Source of the DNA: Sphingomonas sp.
GTDB lineage: Bacteria; Pseudomonadota; Alphaproteobacteria; Sphingomonadales; Sphingomonadaceae
DNA: 64,000 nucleotides
Reading direction: 5' to 3'
Assembly: GCF_013812825.1 (NCBI RefSeq)
Contig: NZ_JACCSU010000068.1
Location: 77,845 to 141,844, forward strand
A program made the translations under genes and the position numbers. Shown piece by piece: positions 20,031 through 32,043 of this stretch; position 1 is the stretch's first letter; every line of letters begins with the position of its first letter. The notes beneath the pieces were generated by a model. The model was not told the origin of the DNA. It ran no database searches and saw only the letters and a program-made list of their open reading frames with translations.

Positions 20031-21463
20031 AAGATCGATCCCGCGGCGCGGTCGGCGTAGTCGCCGAGCGGCCCGATCAGGAGATAGCCGAGCGGCGAGA
20101 CGATCAGCGCTGCAATGAGGATCATCAGCCGCTCGAGCGGGGCCCTCACCCGCACCAGCGGCGAGGGGGCCTCGTCGAAGTACATGATCTTGATGATCCG
20201 AAGATAATAATAGGCGCCGACCACGGTCCCGACGATGCCGGCGACGGCAAGCGCGATCAGTCCCTCGTCGACGGCTGCGTTGAACACCAGCAGCTTGGGC
20301 CAGAAGCCGAACAGGGGTGGGATTCCGGCGAGGCTGAACATGAAGATCGCCATTGCCGCGGCGAAACCCGGGCGCGCCTGCGACAGGCCGGCAAGATCCT
20401 CGATGCGCTCGGTCGGCTCACCGTCCCTGGTCCGCATGCGCAGCACGCACAGGAATGCGCCCAAGGTCATCACCACATAGATGGCCATGTAGAACAGCAC
20501 CGACGACGCGCCCTTCACCCCGCCGGCGGCGAGGCCGATCAGCGCGAAGCCGACATTGTTGATCGACGAATAGGCAAGCAGCCGCTTGATGTTGGTCTGT
20601 CCCCAGGCGGCGACCGCACCCAGGAAGATCGAGGCGAGCGCCGCGAAGATCACGATCTGCCGCCAGGCGTCGGTCGCGGGCTCGAGCGCGTCGAGGCAGA
20701 CTCGGGTGGCGAGCAGCACCGCCGCGACCTTCGGCGCCGAGGCGAAGAAGGCGGTCACCGGGGTCGGAGCGCCCTCGTAGACGTCCGGCGTCCACATGTG
20801 GAACGGAACGGCGCTGATCTTGAAGGCGATCCCGGAGAGCAGGAACACGAGGCCGAACAGCAGCCCCAGCGAGGGCGCGCCGTCGCGCGCGAAGGCGGCC
20901 GCAAGCCCGGAAAAGGTCATTGTGCCAGTGAAGCCGTAGAGCAGCGAGATTCCGTAGAGCAGGATGCCGCTGGCGAGCGCTCCAAGGACGAAATATTTCA
21001 GGCCTGCCTCGGCCGAGCGCTCGTCGCCGCGGCGGTAGGACGCGAGCACGTAGCTCGACAGGCTGAGCAGCTCGAGCCCCATGTACAGCATGATCAAATT
21101 GGTCGCCGAGACCGTCACCGCTCCGCCAATGGCGCTGAACAGGATCAGCACCGAATATTCGGGGCTGTGCTCGGTGCCGCGCTCGAACCAGCCGTGCGCC
21201 GCGATGATCGCGACCGCCGAGGAGAGGAAGATGATCACCTTGCCGAACGAGCCGAACGCGTCGGCGACGATCAGTCCGCCGAACAGGACCCCGGCGCTGG
21301 ACGGCGGCCCGATCAGCGCAACGCTCGCGGCGACCAGCAGCGCGACCGACGCCCAGCTGGTGAGGCCCGAGCCGCGACGGCCGACGAACGCCGAAACCAT
21401 CATCAGCAGCAGTGCGCCGACGGTCAGGATCAGCTCGGGCAGGATGGGCATCAGACGGTTCAT
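20027..21463 (-). CDS. nuoN: NADH-quinone oxidoreductase subunit N
   Basis: SAEAGLKYF, FKISAVPFHMWTPDVYEGAPTPV and IKRLLAYSS motifs. Confidence 0.97.
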   Translation of the reverse strand: MNRLMPILPELILTVGALLLMMVSAFVGRRGSGLTSWASVALLVAASVALIGPPSSAGVLFGGLIVADAFGSFGKVIIFLSSAVAIIAAHGWFERGTEHSPEYSVLILFSAIGGAVTVSATNLIMLYMGLELLSLSSYVLASYRRGDERSAEAGLKYFVLGALASGILLYGISLLYGFTGTMTFSGLAAAFARDGAPSLGLLFGLVFLLSGIAFKISAVPFHMWTPDVYEGAPTPVTAFFASAPKVAAVLLATRVCLDALEPATDAWRQIVIFAALASIFLGAVAAWGQTNIKRLLAYSSINNVGFALIGLAAGGVKGASSVLFYMAIYVVMTLGAFLCVLRMRTRDGEPTERIEDLAGLSQARPGFAAAMAIFMFSLAGIPPLFGFWPKLLVFNAAVDEGLIALAVAGIVGTVVGAYYYLRIIKIMYFDEAPSPLVRVRAPLERLMILIAALIVSPLGYLLIGPLGDYADRAAGSIF

Positions 21464-22995
21464 CAGTGGGCCGCTTCGGTTTGATGGGCTTCAGGGGCGG
21501 CTTGGGGCTTGCCGGCGGTCGGCACGGAATCGCCTTTGGGAGCGGCACGCTCGACGCGCTCGAGCAGCCGCCCGACGTCGGCCCGGATCGGCCTCAGGAA
21601 GCTTTCCGGGTAGACGCCCATCCACAAGACCGCCGCGGCGATCGGCGCCAGCAGCCACCATTCGCGCATCGACAGGTCGGGCATCGCGGCCGCTTCGGCG
21701 GTGCGGGCGGTGCCGAACGCGATCCGCCAATAGAGCCACAGCATGTAAGCCGCGCCGAGGATAATCCCGGTCGTTGCGACGATCGCCGCCCAGGTCGACA
21801 CCTGGTACGTGCCGACCAGGCTCAGGAACTCGCCGACGAAGCCGCTGGTGCCGGGCAGTCCGACCGCGGCCATGGTGAACAGCATGAACAGCAGCGCGTA
21901 GCCGGGCATGTTGTTCGAGAGACCGCCGTAGCGGTCGATCTCGCGGCTGTGCAGCCGGTCGTAGACGACCCCGACGCACAGGAAGAGCGCGCCCGAGACG
22001 AGGCCATGGCTGAGCATGACGATCATCGCCCCTTCGATGCCCTGCCGGTTGAACGCGAACAGGCCGAAGGTGACGAACCCCATGTGCGCGACCGACGAGT
22101 AAGCGATCAGCTTCTTCATGTCGCGCTGCACGAGGGCGACCAGCGAGGTATAGACGACGGCGATCCCCGACAGGATGAACACCAGCGGCACGAACGTCGC
22201 CGATCCTTCCGGGAACATCGGCAGCGAGAAGCGGATGAAGCCGTAGCCGCCCATCTTCAGAAGCACTCCCGCCAGGATCACCGAACCGGCGGTCGGAGCT
22301 TCGACGTGGGCGTCGGGAAGCCAGGTGTGGACCGGCCACATCGGCATCTTGACGGCAAAGCTGGCGAAGAAGGCGAGCCACAGCCAGATTTGGGCATTGA
22401 CCGGGAAGTCGTGCGCCATCAGCGCCGGGATCGACGTCGTGCCGGCCTCGAGCACCATGTACAGCATGGCGATCAGCATCAGCACCGAGCCGAGCAGCGT
22501 GTAGAGGAAGAATTTGTAGCTCGCCTTGATGCGCTCGGGCCCGCCCCAGATGCCGATGATCAGGTACATCGGTATGAGGCCGCCTTCGAAGAAGATGTAG
22601 AACAGGAACAGGTCCTGGGCGACGAACACGCCGACCATCAAAGCCTGCATCAGCAGGAACGCGGCCATATATTCGGGCACCCGTTTCTCGATGGCCCGCC
22701 ACGACGCCCCGATGCAGATCGGCATCAGGAACAGCGTCAGCATGATCAGCACCAAAGCGATTCCGTCGATGCCGAGCGCCCAGGCGATTCCACCGCCGAC
22801 ATCCGCTCGTTCGACGAACTGCCATTGCGGGCCGTCGGGGTCGTAGGCGCTCCACAGCCAGGCGCCGATCGCGAGCTCGACCAGCGTCGTGGCCAGCGCG
22901 ATCCAGCGAGCGGCGCCCGCGTTGACGAACAGGCAGACCATGCCGGCGACCAGCGGCAGGCCGACCAGGATCGACAGCACTGGAAGTTCGTTCAT
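21463..22995 (-). CDS. nuoM: NADH-quinone oxidoreductase subunit M
   Basis: [23 protein letters not shown] and [13 protein letters not shown] motifs; ATGA overlap with nuoL. Confidence 0.97.
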   Translation of the reverse strand: MNELPVLSILVGLPLVAGMVCLFVNAGAARWIALATTLVELAIGAWLWSAYDPDGPQWQFVERADVGGGIAWALGIDGIALVLIMLTLFLMPICIGASWRAIEKRVPEYMAAFLLMQALMVGVFVAQDLFLFYIFFEGGLIPMYLIIGIWGGPERIKASYKFFLYTLLGSVLMLIAMLYMVLEAGTTSIPALMAHDFPVNAQIWLWLAFFASFAVKMPMWPVHTWLPDAHVEAPTAGSVILAGVLLKMGGYGFIRFSLPMFPEGSATFVPLVFILSGIAVVYTSLVALVQRDMKKLIAYSSVAHMGFVTFGLFAFNRQGIEGAMIVMLSHGLVSGALFLCVGVVYDRLHSREIDRYGGLSNNMPGYALLFMLFTMAAVGLPGTSGFVGEFLSLVGTYQVSTWAAIVATTGIILGAAYMLWLYWRIAFGTARTAEAAAMPDLSMREWWLLAPIAAAVLWMGVYPESFLRPIRADVGRLLERVERAAPKGDSVPTAGKPQAAPEAHQTEAAH

Positions 22996-25037
22996 TGGGC
23001 CCACCAGACGGCCCAGCTCGCCGCGCCGATCAGCCCCAGCAGCATCACGAAGGCGTAGCTGTAGAGATAACCCGACTGCAGCCGGGCGGTGAGCTTGTTG
23101 CCGACGCCGACCGCGTACGCTGCGCCGTGCGGGCCGAAGCGGTCGATCGTGCCTTCATCGCCGCGCTTCCAGAACAGCCGTCCGAACCACAAGGCCGGGC
23201 GGATGAAGATGCGGTCGTAGAGCTCGTCGAAATACCATTTGTTGAGGACGAAGCGATGCAATCCGGGGAACTGGGCGACGAAGCCGGCGGCGGCGCCGGG
23301 GCGGCGGAGGTAATTGTTGTAGGCGATCGCCAGCCCGATCAGCATCACGACCGTTGCGGTGTATCTGACCCAGGCCGGCACCTCGTGGGCGGCATGGGCG
23401 AGATGTTCGTCGAACGCGACGCTGCCGTTCCAGAAGGCCGCGCCATGCTCGGCCTCGATGAAGATGCCTTGGAACAGCTGGCCGGCGAGGATCGAGCCCA
23501 GCGCCAGCAGGCCGATCGGCACCAGCATGGTCCACGGGCTTTCGTGCGGATGATATCCGCCCGTTCCGGCCGGGGGCATGGCGGTGCCGTGAGCGCTGTC
23601 GCCATGCTCCTGGTCGGGCGCGTCAGGCTCGCCGTGCAGCGCGTGCTGGATATGCTCGGACGCGGCCCAGCGCGGCTCGCCGTAGAAGGTCAGGAAGATC
23701 AGCCGCCACGAGTAGAAACTGGTCAGCAGTGCCGCCAGCGCGCCGAGGAAGAAGGCGATTCCGCCCGGCACGCTGCCGCTCGCATAGGCGCTTTCGAGGA
23801 TCGCGTCCTTCGACCAGTAGCCGGCAAAGCCGATTCCGAAGATGCCGACTCCGGTGATCGCCAGGGTGCCGATCACCATCACCCAGAAAGTGACCGGGAT
23901 CTGCTTTCGAAGACCGCCGTAGAACCGCATGTCCTGCTCGTGGTGCATCGCGTGGATGACCGAGCCGGCGGCAAGAAACAGCAAAGCCTTGAAGAAGGCG
24001 TGCGTGAACAAGTGGAACATCGCCGCGCCGTAGGCGCCGACCCCGGCGGCGAAGAACATGTAGCCGAGCTGCGAGCAGGTCGAATAAGCGACCACCCGCT
24101 TGATGTCGTTCTGGGCGGTGGCGACCGTGGCGGCGAAGATCGCGGTCGCCGCGCCGACGTAGATGACGGCGTGCTGCGCGACGACGCTGACCTCGAACAT
24201 CGGCGACAGCCGGCAGACCATGAACACGCCGGCGGTGACCATCGTCGCGGCGTGGATCAGGGCGCTGACCGGAGTCGGGCCCTCCATCGCATCGGGCAGC
24301 CAGGTGTGAAGGCCGAGCTGGGCCGACTTGCCCATCGCACCGACGAATAGCAGCAGGCACAACAGCGTCATCGTGTCGACGCGCATTCCGGCAAAGCCGA
24401 TGGTCGATCCGGCCATTCCGGGCGAGGCTTCGAGGATTGCCGGGATCGAGACGGTGCCGAACACCAGGAAGGTGCCGAAAATGCCGAGGCTGAAGCCGAA
24501 ATCGCCGACCCGGTTGACGATGAAGGCCTTCAATGCGGCCGCGTTCGCCGACGGCTTGTGGTACCAGTAGCCGATCAGCAAATAGGAGGCGAGGCCGACC
24601 CCTTCCCAGCCGAAGAACATCTGGACGAGGTTGTCGGCGGTGACCAGCATCAGCATCGCGAAGCTGAACAGCGACAGATAAGCGAAAAAGCGAGGCTGGC
24701 CGGGATCCTCGGCCATGTAGCCCCAGCTGTAGACATGGACGAGGCTGGAGACGGTCGTGACGACGACCAGCATCACCGCGGTCAATGCGTCCACCCGCAG
24801 CGCCCAGGTCACGTCCATGTCGCCTGACTTGATCCATTCGGCGACGTCGATGACCATCGGCTGCGTGTTTCCCGCCACGAAATCGAGGAAAATGGGCCAG
24901 CTCAGGGCCGCGCCGACGAGCAAGGCGCCGGTGGTGATCAGCTTGGCTGCGAAATTGCCAATCAGGCGCCCGCCGAGGCCGGCGATCAAGGCCGCGATCA
25001 GCGGCAGGAAGACGATCAGCTGAAGCGAGATATCCAT
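22992..25037 (-). CDS. nuoL: NADH-quinone oxidoreductase subunit L
   Basis: [32 protein letters not shown] and [11 protein letters not shown] motifs. Confidence 0.98.
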   Translation of the reverse strand: MDISLQLIVFLPLIAALIAGLGGRLIGNFAAKLITTGALLVGAALSWPIFLDFVAGNTQPMVIDVAEWIKSGDMDVTWALRVDALTAVMLVVVTTVSSLVHVYSWGYMAEDPGQPRFFAYLSLFSFAMLMLVTADNLVQMFFGWEGVGLASYLLIGYWYHKPSANAAALKAFIVNRVGDFGFSLGIFGTFLVFGTVSIPAILEASPGMAGSTIGFAGMRVDTMTLLCLLLFVGAMGKSAQLGLHTWLPDAMEGPTPVSALIHAATMVTAGVFMVCRLSPMFEVSVVAQHAVIYVGAATAIFAATVATAQNDIKRVVAYSTCSQLGYMFFAAGVGAYGAAMFHLFTHAFFKALLFLAAGSVIHAMHHEQDMRFYGGLRKQIPVTFWVMVIGTLAITGVGIFGIGFAGYWSKDAILESAYASGSVPGGIAFFLGALAALLTSFYSWRLIFLTFYGEPRWAASEHIQHALHGEPDAPDQEHGDSAHGTAMPPAGTGGYHPHESPWTMLVPIGLLALGSILAGQLFQGIFIEAEHGAAFWNGSVAFDEHLAHAAHEVPAWVRYTATVVMLIGLAIAYNNYLRRPGAAAGFVAQFPGLHRFVLNKWYFDELYDRIFIRPALWFGRLFWKRGDEGTIDRFGPHGAAYAVGVGNKLTARLQSGYLYSYAFVMLLGLIGAASWAVWWAQ

Positions 25038-25342
25038 CAGCCGCGCATCCGGTTGACGTCGTCGACCGCGATCGAGCCGCGGCGGCGGAAGAAGATCACC
25101 AGGATGGCAAGACCGATCGCCGCCTCGGCCGCGGCGACGGTCAGCACGAACATCGCCATTACCTGCCCAGTCAAGTCGCCGAGGAAGGCCGAGAAGGCGA
25201 CCAGGTTGATGTTCACGGCGAGCAGGATCAGCTCGATGGCCATCAGCATCAGGATGACGTTGCGGCGATTGATGAAGATGCCGAGCACACCGAGCACGAA
25301 CAGGATCGCGGCGACGGTCAAATAATGGCCCAAGCCGATCAT
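25037..25342 (-). CDS. nuoK: NADH-quinone oxidoreductase subunit K
   Basis: [14 protein letters not shown] and [13 protein letters not shown] motifs. Confidence 0.97.
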   Translation of the reverse strand: MIGLGHYLTVAAILFVLGVLGIFINRRNVILMLMAIELILLAVNINLVAFSAFLGDLTGQVMAMFVLTVAAAEAAIGLAILVIFFRRRGSIAVDDVNRMRG

Positions 25343-25370
25343 GATCGGCGTGCTTTCACGAAGCGCGTGA

Positions 25371-25970
25371 TCACAGCTCGACCCCCTCGCCGCTCGCTGG
25401 CTGGGTCAGCCGGACCGCGTCCTTGGGCTTACGGGCGATCTGCTTGGACACGTTCTGCCCGCGAGTGTCGCCGCGGCTGCGGTGAGTGAGGACGATCGCG
25501 CCGATCATCGCCACCAGCAGGACCAGTCCGGCGATCTCGAACGGGAGCAAATAGCGGCTGTACATCAGCTCACCCATGGCAACGATGTTCGGCTGCCGGA
25601 CCGCCGGGATCGCCCCCGATGCAGGCCCGGCGTTGCGAGCGCTCACCGCGATGACGATCTCGGCCAGCAGCAGCAGCGCAATCAGAATCCCGAGCGGCAG
25701 GTTTTTCGTGAAGCCCGAGCGCAGCGACGCGAAATCGACGTCGAGCATCATCACCACGAACAGGAACAGAACCGCGACCGCGCCGACGTAGACGATGACC
25801 AGCAGGAGCGCGATGAACTCGGCCCCGACCAGCAGCATCAGCCCGGCGGCGCTGAAGAAGGCGAGGATCAGCCACAGCACGCTGTGCACCGGGTTGCGCG
25901 CGAAGATCACCGCCACCGCCGAAGCGATGGTCACCGTCGCGAACAGGTAAAAGGCGATGAGTCCGATCAA
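25371..25970 (-). CDS. nuoJ: NADH-quinone oxidoreductase subunit J
   Basis: [12 protein letters not shown] and [17 protein letters not shown] motifs; TTG start. Confidence 0.96.
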   Translation of the reverse strand: MIGLIAFYLFATVTIASAVAVIFARNPVHSVLWLILAFFSAAGLMLLVGAEFIALLLVIVYVGAVAVLFLFVVMMLDVDFASLRSGFTKNLPLGILIALLLLAEIVIAVSARNAGPASGAIPAVRQPNIVAMGELMYSRYLLPFEIAGLVLLVAMIGAIVLTHRSRGDTRGQNVSKQIARKPKDAVRLTQPASGEGVEL

Positions 25971-25994
25971 GTCTGAGGGCCCTGTTTGGAGCGG

Positions 25995-26480
25995 CTATCG
26001 ATAGGGTGCATCGGCGGCAAGGTTGGCGGCGATCGCCTGTTCCCATCGGTCGCCGTTGGCGAGCAACTTGGCCTTGTCGTAGAGCAATTCCTCGCGCGTC
26101 TCGGTCGCGAACTCGAGGTTCGGGCCCTCAACGATGGCATCGACCGGGCAGGATTCCTGGCACAGCCCGCAATAGATGCATTTGACCATGTCGATATCGT
26201 AGCGGGTGGTGCGCCGGGAACCGTCCTCGCGCGGCTCGGACTCGATGGTGATCGCCAGCGCCGGGCAGACCGCCTCGCACAGCTTACAGGCGATGCAGCG
26301 CTCCTCGCCGTTCGGGTAGCGGCGAAGTGCATGCTCGCCGCGGAAACGCGGGCTCTGCGGGTTCTTCTCGTACGGGTAGTTGATCGTCGCCTTGGGCTTG
26401 AAGAAATACTTCAAGGTCAGCGCGTGAGCACGGACGATTTCCCACAAGGTGAAGGCCTTGAGCCACTGCAGCGGGTTCAT
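25995..26480 (-). CDS. nuoI: NADH-quinone oxidoreductase subunit I
   Basis: Two 4Fe-4S motifs, [12 protein letters not shown] and [12 protein letters not shown]. Confidence 0.98.
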   Translation of the reverse strand: MNPLQWLKAFTLWEIVRAHALTLKYFFKPKATINYPYEKNPQSPRFRGEHALRRYPNGEERCIACKLCEAVCPALAITIESEPREDGSRRTTRYDIDMVKCIYCGLCQESCPVDAIVEGPNLEFATETREELLYDKAKLLANGDRWEQAIAANLAADAPYR

Positions 26481-27535
26481 GAGCCAACTCCATAGCGGGT
26501 AAGCATCAGCCAGCTCGAAACGACGACGACCGATGTGATGCTGAGCGGCAGGAAGATCTTCCAGCCGAGCCGCATCAGCTGGTCGTAGCGGTAGCGCGGC
26601 ATGGTCGCTCGAACCCAGCTGAAGACGAAGAAGAAGAACAGCATCTTGCCGAACAGCCAGAAGATCCCGGGGATATCGAACCAGGGAATGAGGTCGACGT
26701 TGAGCGGCGGGAGGAAGCCGCCCCAGAACAGGATCGCGTTCAAGGCGCACATCAGGATGACGTTGCCGTACTCGCCGAGCCAGAAGAGCGCGAAGCTCAT
26801 CGACGAATATTCGGTCTGGAAGCCGGCGACGAGCTCGCTCTCCGCCTCGGTCAGGTCAAACGGAGTGCGGAAGGTCTCGGCCATCGAACTGATCAGGAAA
26901 ACAACAGCCATCGGGAACAGCAGGGGATTGAAGCCGAAGCCGTTCAGCAAGCCGAACACGTGACCTTGCTGCGCAAGCACGATCGCGCTCAGGTTGAACG
27001 TATTGGTGTAGAGCACGACGCTGATCAGAACGAAGCCGATCGACACTTCGTAGCTGACCATTTGCGCCGCCGCTCGAAGCGCCGAGAAAAAAGGATATTT
27101 GGAGTTGGACGCCCAGCCGGCGACGATGACGCCGTAAACGCCCAGCGACGACGCGGCGAGCACGTAGAGCAAGCCGACGTTGATGTCGGCGAGCACCACT
27201 CCCACGTCGAACGGAATCACCGCCCAGACGATCAGCGCGACGGTGAAACTCACGACCGGCGCGATCAGGAACAGCCCCTTGTTGGCGCTGGTCGGGATGA
27301 TGGTTTCCTTGAGGAACACCTTCAGACCGTCGGCGAAGCTTTGCAGCAGCCCCCAGGGACCAACGACGTTGGGCCCGCGGCGAAGCGCGATCGCCGCCCA
27401 GATCTTGCGGTCCGCATAGATGATCATCGCCACCGCGAGCATCAGCGGGAAGGCGATCAGGAGGATTCCGGCGATGGTCGCGAAGAACCACGACCATTCG
27501 TAGGTGAAGCCCCAGTTCTGGAACGATTCGGTCAT
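26477..27535 (-). CDS. nuoH: NADH-quinone oxidoreductase subunit H
   Basis: [21 protein letters not shown] and [15 protein letters not shown] motifs; ATG 27535. Confidence 0.97.
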   Translation of the reverse strand: MTESFQNWGFTYEWSWFFATIAGILLIAFPLMLAVAMIIYADRKIWAAIALRRGPNVVGPWGLLQSFADGLKVFLKETIIPTSANKGLFLIAPVVSFTVALIVWAVIPFDVGVVLADINVGLLYVLAASSLGVYGVIVAGWASNSKYPFFSALRAAAQMVSYEVSIGFVLISVVLYTNTFNLSAIVLAQQGHVFGLLNGFGFNPLLFPMAVVFLISSMAETFRTPFDLTEAESELVAGFQTEYSSMSFALFWLGEYGNVILMCALNAILFWGGFLPPLNVDLIPWFDIPGIFWLFGKMLFFFFVFSWVRATMPRYRYDQLMRLGWKIFLPLSITSVVVVSSWLMLTRYGVGS

Positions 27536-29577
27536 TCCGCCGCCTCGCGGAATTCGCGGCCGTGGAGCAGCTCCTCCGAGCAGCGGCGCATGGTCGGGCT
27601 CGCCCGGCAGATCGCGTTGGTCAGGTAGAAATCGGCGATCGGATAGCGCACCGCACCCTCGGCCTTCGAGTCGAGCTCCGGCGGTGCCCAGGGCAGATCG
27701 ATGAGGCCGTCGCGGCCGAGCTCGGGATAGTCGGCAATCATCGAGTCCCGAAGCTGGTCGAGGCTGTCGAACGGAAGCGCTTGGCCGGCCAGCTCGCTGA
27801 CTGCCCGCAAGATCGCCCAGTCCTCGCGCGCTTCGCCGGGCGGGAACACCGCGCGCTCGCCGCGCTGAACGCGGCCTTCGAGACTGACGTAGGTGCCGTG
27901 CTTCTCGGCGTAGGCCGCGCCGGGCAGAACGAGGTCGGCGCTGCTCGCGCCGACATCGCCGTGGTGGCCGATGTAGACCTTGAACGCGCCCTTGAAGCGG
28001 TCGGCCGCGACTTCGTCGGCCCCGAGCAGAAACACCATTTGCGGCTCGGCGGCCTCGATGTCGGCGATTCCTCCGGGCTGCGCGTAGCCGAGGATCAGCC
28101 CCGCCATTCGCGACGCCGCGGTGTGGATGACGTTGAAGCCGTTCCAGGCAGCCTGTCCTGAGCTTGTCGAAGGGCGGACGAGCCTGAGCGGCCCGGCCAA
28201 GGCGAGCGCGGCGCCCAGGGCATTGCCGGCGAGCGCCCCCGGCCCGAGGATCAGCGCCGGGCGCTCCGCCGCTTCGAAGGCTTCCGACACTCCCTTTGGA
28301 ATCTTGCCCAGCAGCTTGAGATCGTTGCCGATCCACTCGACTCGCATCCCGAGGTCGACTTCCGGCCCGATGGCGAAAATCCTCGCGCCCTTGCGCGCCG
28401 CCTTGCGCAATCGGGTGTTGATCAGCGGCGCTTCCCAGCGCGGGTTGGTGCCGACCAGAAGCACCGCGTCGGCGCTCTCGATCCCGGCAATCGTCGAGTT
28501 GAACGCGACCGCCGACAGGCTCGAAATGTCATAAGCAAGGCCGGTCTGGCGGCCTTCGAGCAGGGCCGACCCCTGCGCTTCGAGCAGCTTTTTGGCCGCA
28601 TACATGGTTTCGGCGTCGAGCAGGTCGCCGGCGATCGCCGCGACGCCGGCGCCCGCTTTCTTCAGCCGCGCGGCGAAGACATCGAGCGCCTCGCCCCAGT
28701 CGGCTTCGCGCAGCTTGCCCGCGCCCTCGCCTTCTTTTGGGCGCACCCACGGCCGGTCGAGGCGATTGCGCACCAGGGCATCGACATGATGGCGCGTCTT
28801 GTCGTGGATCCACTCCTCGTTCACGTCCTCGTTGATGCGCGGCAGAATGCGCATCACCTGACGCTGGCGGACGTCCAGACGGATGTTGCTTCCAACTGCG
28901 TCCATGACGTCGATCGCCGGCACCCGGCGCAGCTCCCACGGACGGCTCTCAAAAATCTGCGGCTTCTGAAGCAGCGCCCCGACCGGGCAGATGTCGGCCA
29001 GGTTGCCGGCCAGCTCGCTGGTCACTGCGCGCTCGAGGTAGGATGTGATCTGCGCGTCCTCGCCGCGGTACAGCATGCCGAGCTCCGGCTCGCCCGCGAC
29101 CTCCTCGGCAAAACGGACGCAGCGGGTGCACTGGATGCAGCGAGTCATCGAGGTCTTGATGACCGGGCCCATATATTTGTCGTCGATCGCCCGCTTGTTC
29201 TCCTCGAACCGCGAGAAGCTGCGGCCGTAGGCCATCGCCTGGTCCTGGAGGTCGCATTCGCCGCCCTGGTCGCAGATCGGACAGTCGAGCGGGTGGTTGA
29301 TGAGCAGGAACTCCATCACCCCCTCGCGCGCCTTTTTCACCATCGCGGTATCCGTGCGGATCGTCTGGCCGTCGGCGGCGGGCAGAGCGCAGCTCGCCTG
29401 CGGCTTTGGCGGACCCGGAGCGACTTCGACCAGGCACATCCGGCAATTGCCGGCGATCGACAGCCGCTCGTGATAGCAGAAGCGCGGGATCTCCTTGCCG
29501 GCAAGCTCGCACGCCTGCAGTACGGTCACGCCCTGCGGGACCTCGAGCTCGATGCCGTCGACGGTAACCTTTGGCAT
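27532..29577 (-). CDS. nuoG: NADH-quinone oxidoreductase subunit G
   Basis: [36 protein letters not shown] and RCIQCTRC motifs. Confidence 0.98.
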   Translation of the reverse strand: MPKVTVDGIELEVPQGVTVLQACELAGKEIPRFCYHERLSIAGNCRMCLVEVAPGPPKPQASCALPAADGQTIRTDTAMVKKAREGVMEFLLINHPLDCPICDQGGECDLQDQAMAYGRSFSRFEENKRAIDDKYMGPVIKTSMTRCIQCTRCVRFAEEVAGEPELGMLYRGEDAQITSYLERAVTSELAGNLADICPVGALLQKPQIFESRPWELRRVPAIDVMDAVGSNIRLDVRQRQVMRILPRINEDVNEEWIHDKTRHHVDALVRNRLDRPWVRPKEGEGAGKLREADWGEALDVFAARLKKAGAGVAAIAGDLLDAETMYAAKKLLEAQGSALLEGRQTGLAYDISSLSAVAFNSTIAGIESADAVLLVGTNPRWEAPLINTRLRKAARKGARIFAIGPEVDLGMRVEWIGNDLKLLGKIPKGVSEAFEAAERPALILGPGALAGNALGAALALAGPLRLVRPSTSSGQAAWNGFNVIHTAASRMAGLILGYAQPGGIADIEAAEPQMVFLLGADEVAADRFKGAFKVYIGHHGDVGASSADLVLPGAAYAEKHGTYVSLEGRVQRGERAVFPPGEAREDWAILRAVSELAGQALPFDSLDQLRDSMIADYPELGRDGLIDLPWAPPELDSKAEGAVRYPIADFYLTNAICRASPTMRRCSEELLHGREFREAAE

Positions 29578-30197
29578 TATCTCGCCGCCGTCGAATTGTG
29601 TTGAGCGAGGCGATTGGCGCCAAGCGCGAGCAATGCGCGCAACGCTTCACGGGTGAAGCGCGACTTGCTGTTGGCCGGAAGGCATCCGCCGAGCACCGGG
29701 CCAAGCGCGACGATGGCGTCATATTCGGCGGCTGTCGCGGGATCCGTCTTGAGCAGCCGAGCAACCGCTGCCGCGTCTTTCCGCACCGCGCAGAACGCCA
29801 TCAGCTCGCCGGCATTGCGCGCCTCGATGGCGGGCAGCGCCGGGTTGTACCCCGTGCGCGCGGCCAGATCGTCGAGGCTTCCGTCGCGGCGCAGCAGGCC
29901 TTCTGCAAGCGCACCGCCCCACAGCAACGTGCCCGACGAATAGGCTCCCCTGGGAACGCTGACGCCAGGGCACGGAGCAGGCCGGTTGACCAGCTTGCGC
30001 ATTTCCTTCCCGTAGGCGCGATCGCGGAAATCCGAGTCGAGCAGCGCGCGCACCGCGACCGGGCGCTCGATGGCAACGCATCGCCCGTAGGCGTGCAGCG
30101 CGCGCAGAGCCTTGGGGCTGGACTTCCCGCCGATTTCCGCTTCCGAGGGTGCGGACGCGGCCATGGCAATCGCGACGATAAGCGAGACGAGCATCAT
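29577..30197 (-). CDS. Secreted hypothetical protein with two Cys-containing internal repeats
   Basis: Signal-peptide-like N-terminus and four Cys; overlaps both neighbours (ATGA upstream, TAATG with nuoG). Confidence 0.75.
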   Translation of the reverse strand: MMLVSLIVAIAMAASAPSEAEIGGKSSPKALRALHAYGRCVAIERPVAVRALLDSDFRDRAYGKEMRKLVNRPAPCPGVSVPRGAYSSGTLLWGGALAEGLLRRDGSLDDLAARTGYNPALPAIEARNAGELMAFCAVRKDAAAVARLLKTDPATAAEYDAIVALGPVLGGCLPANSKSRFTREALRALLALGANRLAQHNSTAAR

Positions 30198-30328
30198 TCC
30201 CGATCCTCACTCTCGTCTTCATCGCGGCGGTGCTCGATGTGGGTGACGCGCGGGCCCGACGGGCGCATCAGCATCATCACCGCTACGACGAGCACGAGCA
30301 GCAAGGCGAGGATGATCACGAAGCGCAT
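30194..30328 (-). CDS. 44-aa single-TM microprotein
   Basis: Not in the ORF track. [44 protein letters not shown]; TGATG and ATGA overlaps with its neighbours; GC3-biased codons. Confidence 0.75.
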   Translation of the reverse strand: MRFVIILALLLVLVVAVMMLMRPSGPRVTHIEHRRDEDESEDRE

Positions 30329-30447
30329 CAGCCGCGCTCCGGCCCGCGGGCACGCGGGCGAAGGAGCTGGGCGAGCCGATAGGCGGCGACGGCCGCGAGG
30401 ATGAAGGCGACGAGCGCAAACGTCGCGAGGCCGGAATGGGAAGTCAT
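30328..30447 (-). CDS. 39-aa single-TM microprotein
   Basis: [39 protein letters not shown]; ATGA overlap with the nuoF stop. Confidence 0.6.
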   Translation of the reverse strand: MTSHSGLATFALVAFILAAVAAYRLAQLLRPRARGPERG

Positions 30448-31754
30448 TCGGCGGCCTCCAGCATGGTGCGCCCGGCGCGCTCGGCGATTCGGCGCTCGAG
30501 CTCGGGCCGGAAGTGGCGGATCAGGCCCTGGATCGGCCAGGCCGCGGCGTCGCCCAGAGCGCAGATCGTGTGGCCCTCGACCTGCTTGGTGACGTCGAGC
30601 AATTTGTCGATCGTCTCGACGGTCGCGTCGCCCTCGCGCAGGCGCTCCATGGTCCGCCACATCCAGCCGGTGCCCTCGCGGCACGGAGTGCACTGGCCGC
30701 AGCTCTCGTGCTTGTAGAAGTAGGAGATGCGGGCGATCGCACGGACGATGTCGGTCGATTTGTCCATGACCGTCACCGCCGCGGTGCCAAGGCCGCTGCC
30801 GAGATCCTTGAGCCCGTCGAAATCCATCGGCGCGTCGATGATCTCGTGCGCCGGGACCAGCGGCACCGAAGAGCCGCCGGGGATCACCGCGAGCAGATTG
30901 TCCCAGCCGCCGCGGACTCCGCCGCCGTGCAGCTCGATCAGTTCGCGGAAGCTGATCGACATCGATTCTTCGACCACGCACGGCGTGTTGATGTGGCCCG
31001 ACAGCTGGAACAGCTTGGTGCCGCTGTTGTTCTCGCGGCCGAAGCTCTTGAACCACTCGGCGCCGCGGCGAAGGATGGTCGGCACGACGGCGATCGATTC
31101 GACGTTGTTGACCGTGGTCGGGCAGCCGTAGAGGCCCGCGCCCGCGGGGAACGGCGGCTTCAAACGCGGAAAGCCCTTCTTGCCCTCGAGGCTTTCGAGC
31201 ATCGCGGTTTCTTCGCCGCAGATATAGGCGCCGGCGCCGCGGTGAACGAACAGGTCGAAGTCGTAGCCCGACCCGGCGACGTTCTTGCCGAGCAGGCCGG
31301 CCGAATAAGCGTCGGCGACGGCTTTCCTGAGCGCCTCGGTCTCGCGGACGAACTCGCCGCGGATGTAGATGTACCCGGCCCGGGCGCGCATCGCGAAGCC
31401 GGCGATCAACGAGCCCTCGATCAATTTGTGCGGGTCGTGGCGGATGATCTCGCGGTCTTTGCACGATCCCGGCTCGGATTCGTCGGCATTGACGACCAGG
31501 AAATTGGGTTTCCCGGGCTTGGGCTCCTTGGGCATGAAGCCCCATTTCATGCCGGTCGGGAAGCCGGCGCCGCCACGGCCGCGAAGGCCGCTCTCCTTGA
31601 TGATGTCGATGATCGGGTCCTGGCCCAGCTGCATCAATTTGGCGGTGTCGTCCCAATCGCCGCGCTGCTTCGCGGCTTTCAGGTCGGGCGACTGGAAGCC
31701 GTAGACGTTGGTGAAGATGCGGTCCTTGTCCGCAAGAGGCCCGGTGCTGGTCAC
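30444..31754 (-). CDS. nuoF: NADH-quinone oxidoreductase subunit F
   Basis: [30 protein letters not shown] and [12 protein letters not shown] motifs; GTG start. Confidence 0.98.
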   Translation of the reverse strand: MTSTGPLADKDRIFTNVYGFQSPDLKAAKQRGDWDDTAKLMQLGQDPIIDIIKESGLRGRGGAGFPTGMKWGFMPKEPKPGKPNFLVVNADESEPGSCKDREIIRHDPHKLIEGSLIAGFAMRARAGYIYIRGEFVRETEALRKAVADAYSAGLLGKNVAGSGYDFDLFVHRGAGAYICGEETAMLESLEGKKGFPRLKPPFPAGAGLYGCPTTVNNVESIAVVPTILRRGAEWFKSFGRENNSGTKLFQLSGHINTPCVVEESMSISFRELIELHGGGVRGGWDNLLAVIPGGSSVPLVPAHEIIDAPMDFDGLKDLGSGLGTAAVTVMDKSTDIVRAIARISYFYKHESCGQCTPCREGTGWMWRTMERLREGDATVETIDKLLDVTKQVEGHTICALGDAAAWPIQGLIRHFRPELERRIAERAGRTMLEAAE

Positions 31755-31891
31755 GCGCCGATGCCCCCGGTCATGAAGTAGAAGACGGCCAGCAGGAGCA
31801 GCCCGAGCACGACGAATTTGATCATTCCGCTGATGAACTTGAACACCAGGAAGGCACCCACGACGGTGAGGATGATGGCGAGGATCTCCAT
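31751..31891 (-). CDS. 46-aa hydrophobic hairpin microprotein
   Basis: Not in the ORF track. [46 protein letters not shown]; TGATG and GTGA overlaps. Confidence 0.75.
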   Translation of the reverse strand: MEILAIILTVVGAFLVFKFISGMIKFVVLGLLLLAVFYFMTGGIGA

Positions 31892-32043
31892 CAGCTTTTC
31901 GGGCTCTCGAGCAGCTTCATTCCGCCCCAGACCAGCAAGCCGGCGGCGGCGACCGCCAGCAGCAGGCCGACCACGCCTTTGACGATCTTCCAGGCGACGA
32001 TGATCAACAGGATCGCGACGACGATCTTGGCGATGTTCTTCAT
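31891..32043 (-). CDS. 50-aa hydrophobic hairpin microprotein
   Basis: [50 protein letters not shown]; ATGA overlap with the nuoE stop. Confidence 0.75.
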   Translation of the reverse strand: MKNIAKIVVAILLIIVAWKIVKGVVGLLLAVAAAGLLVWGGMKLLESPKS

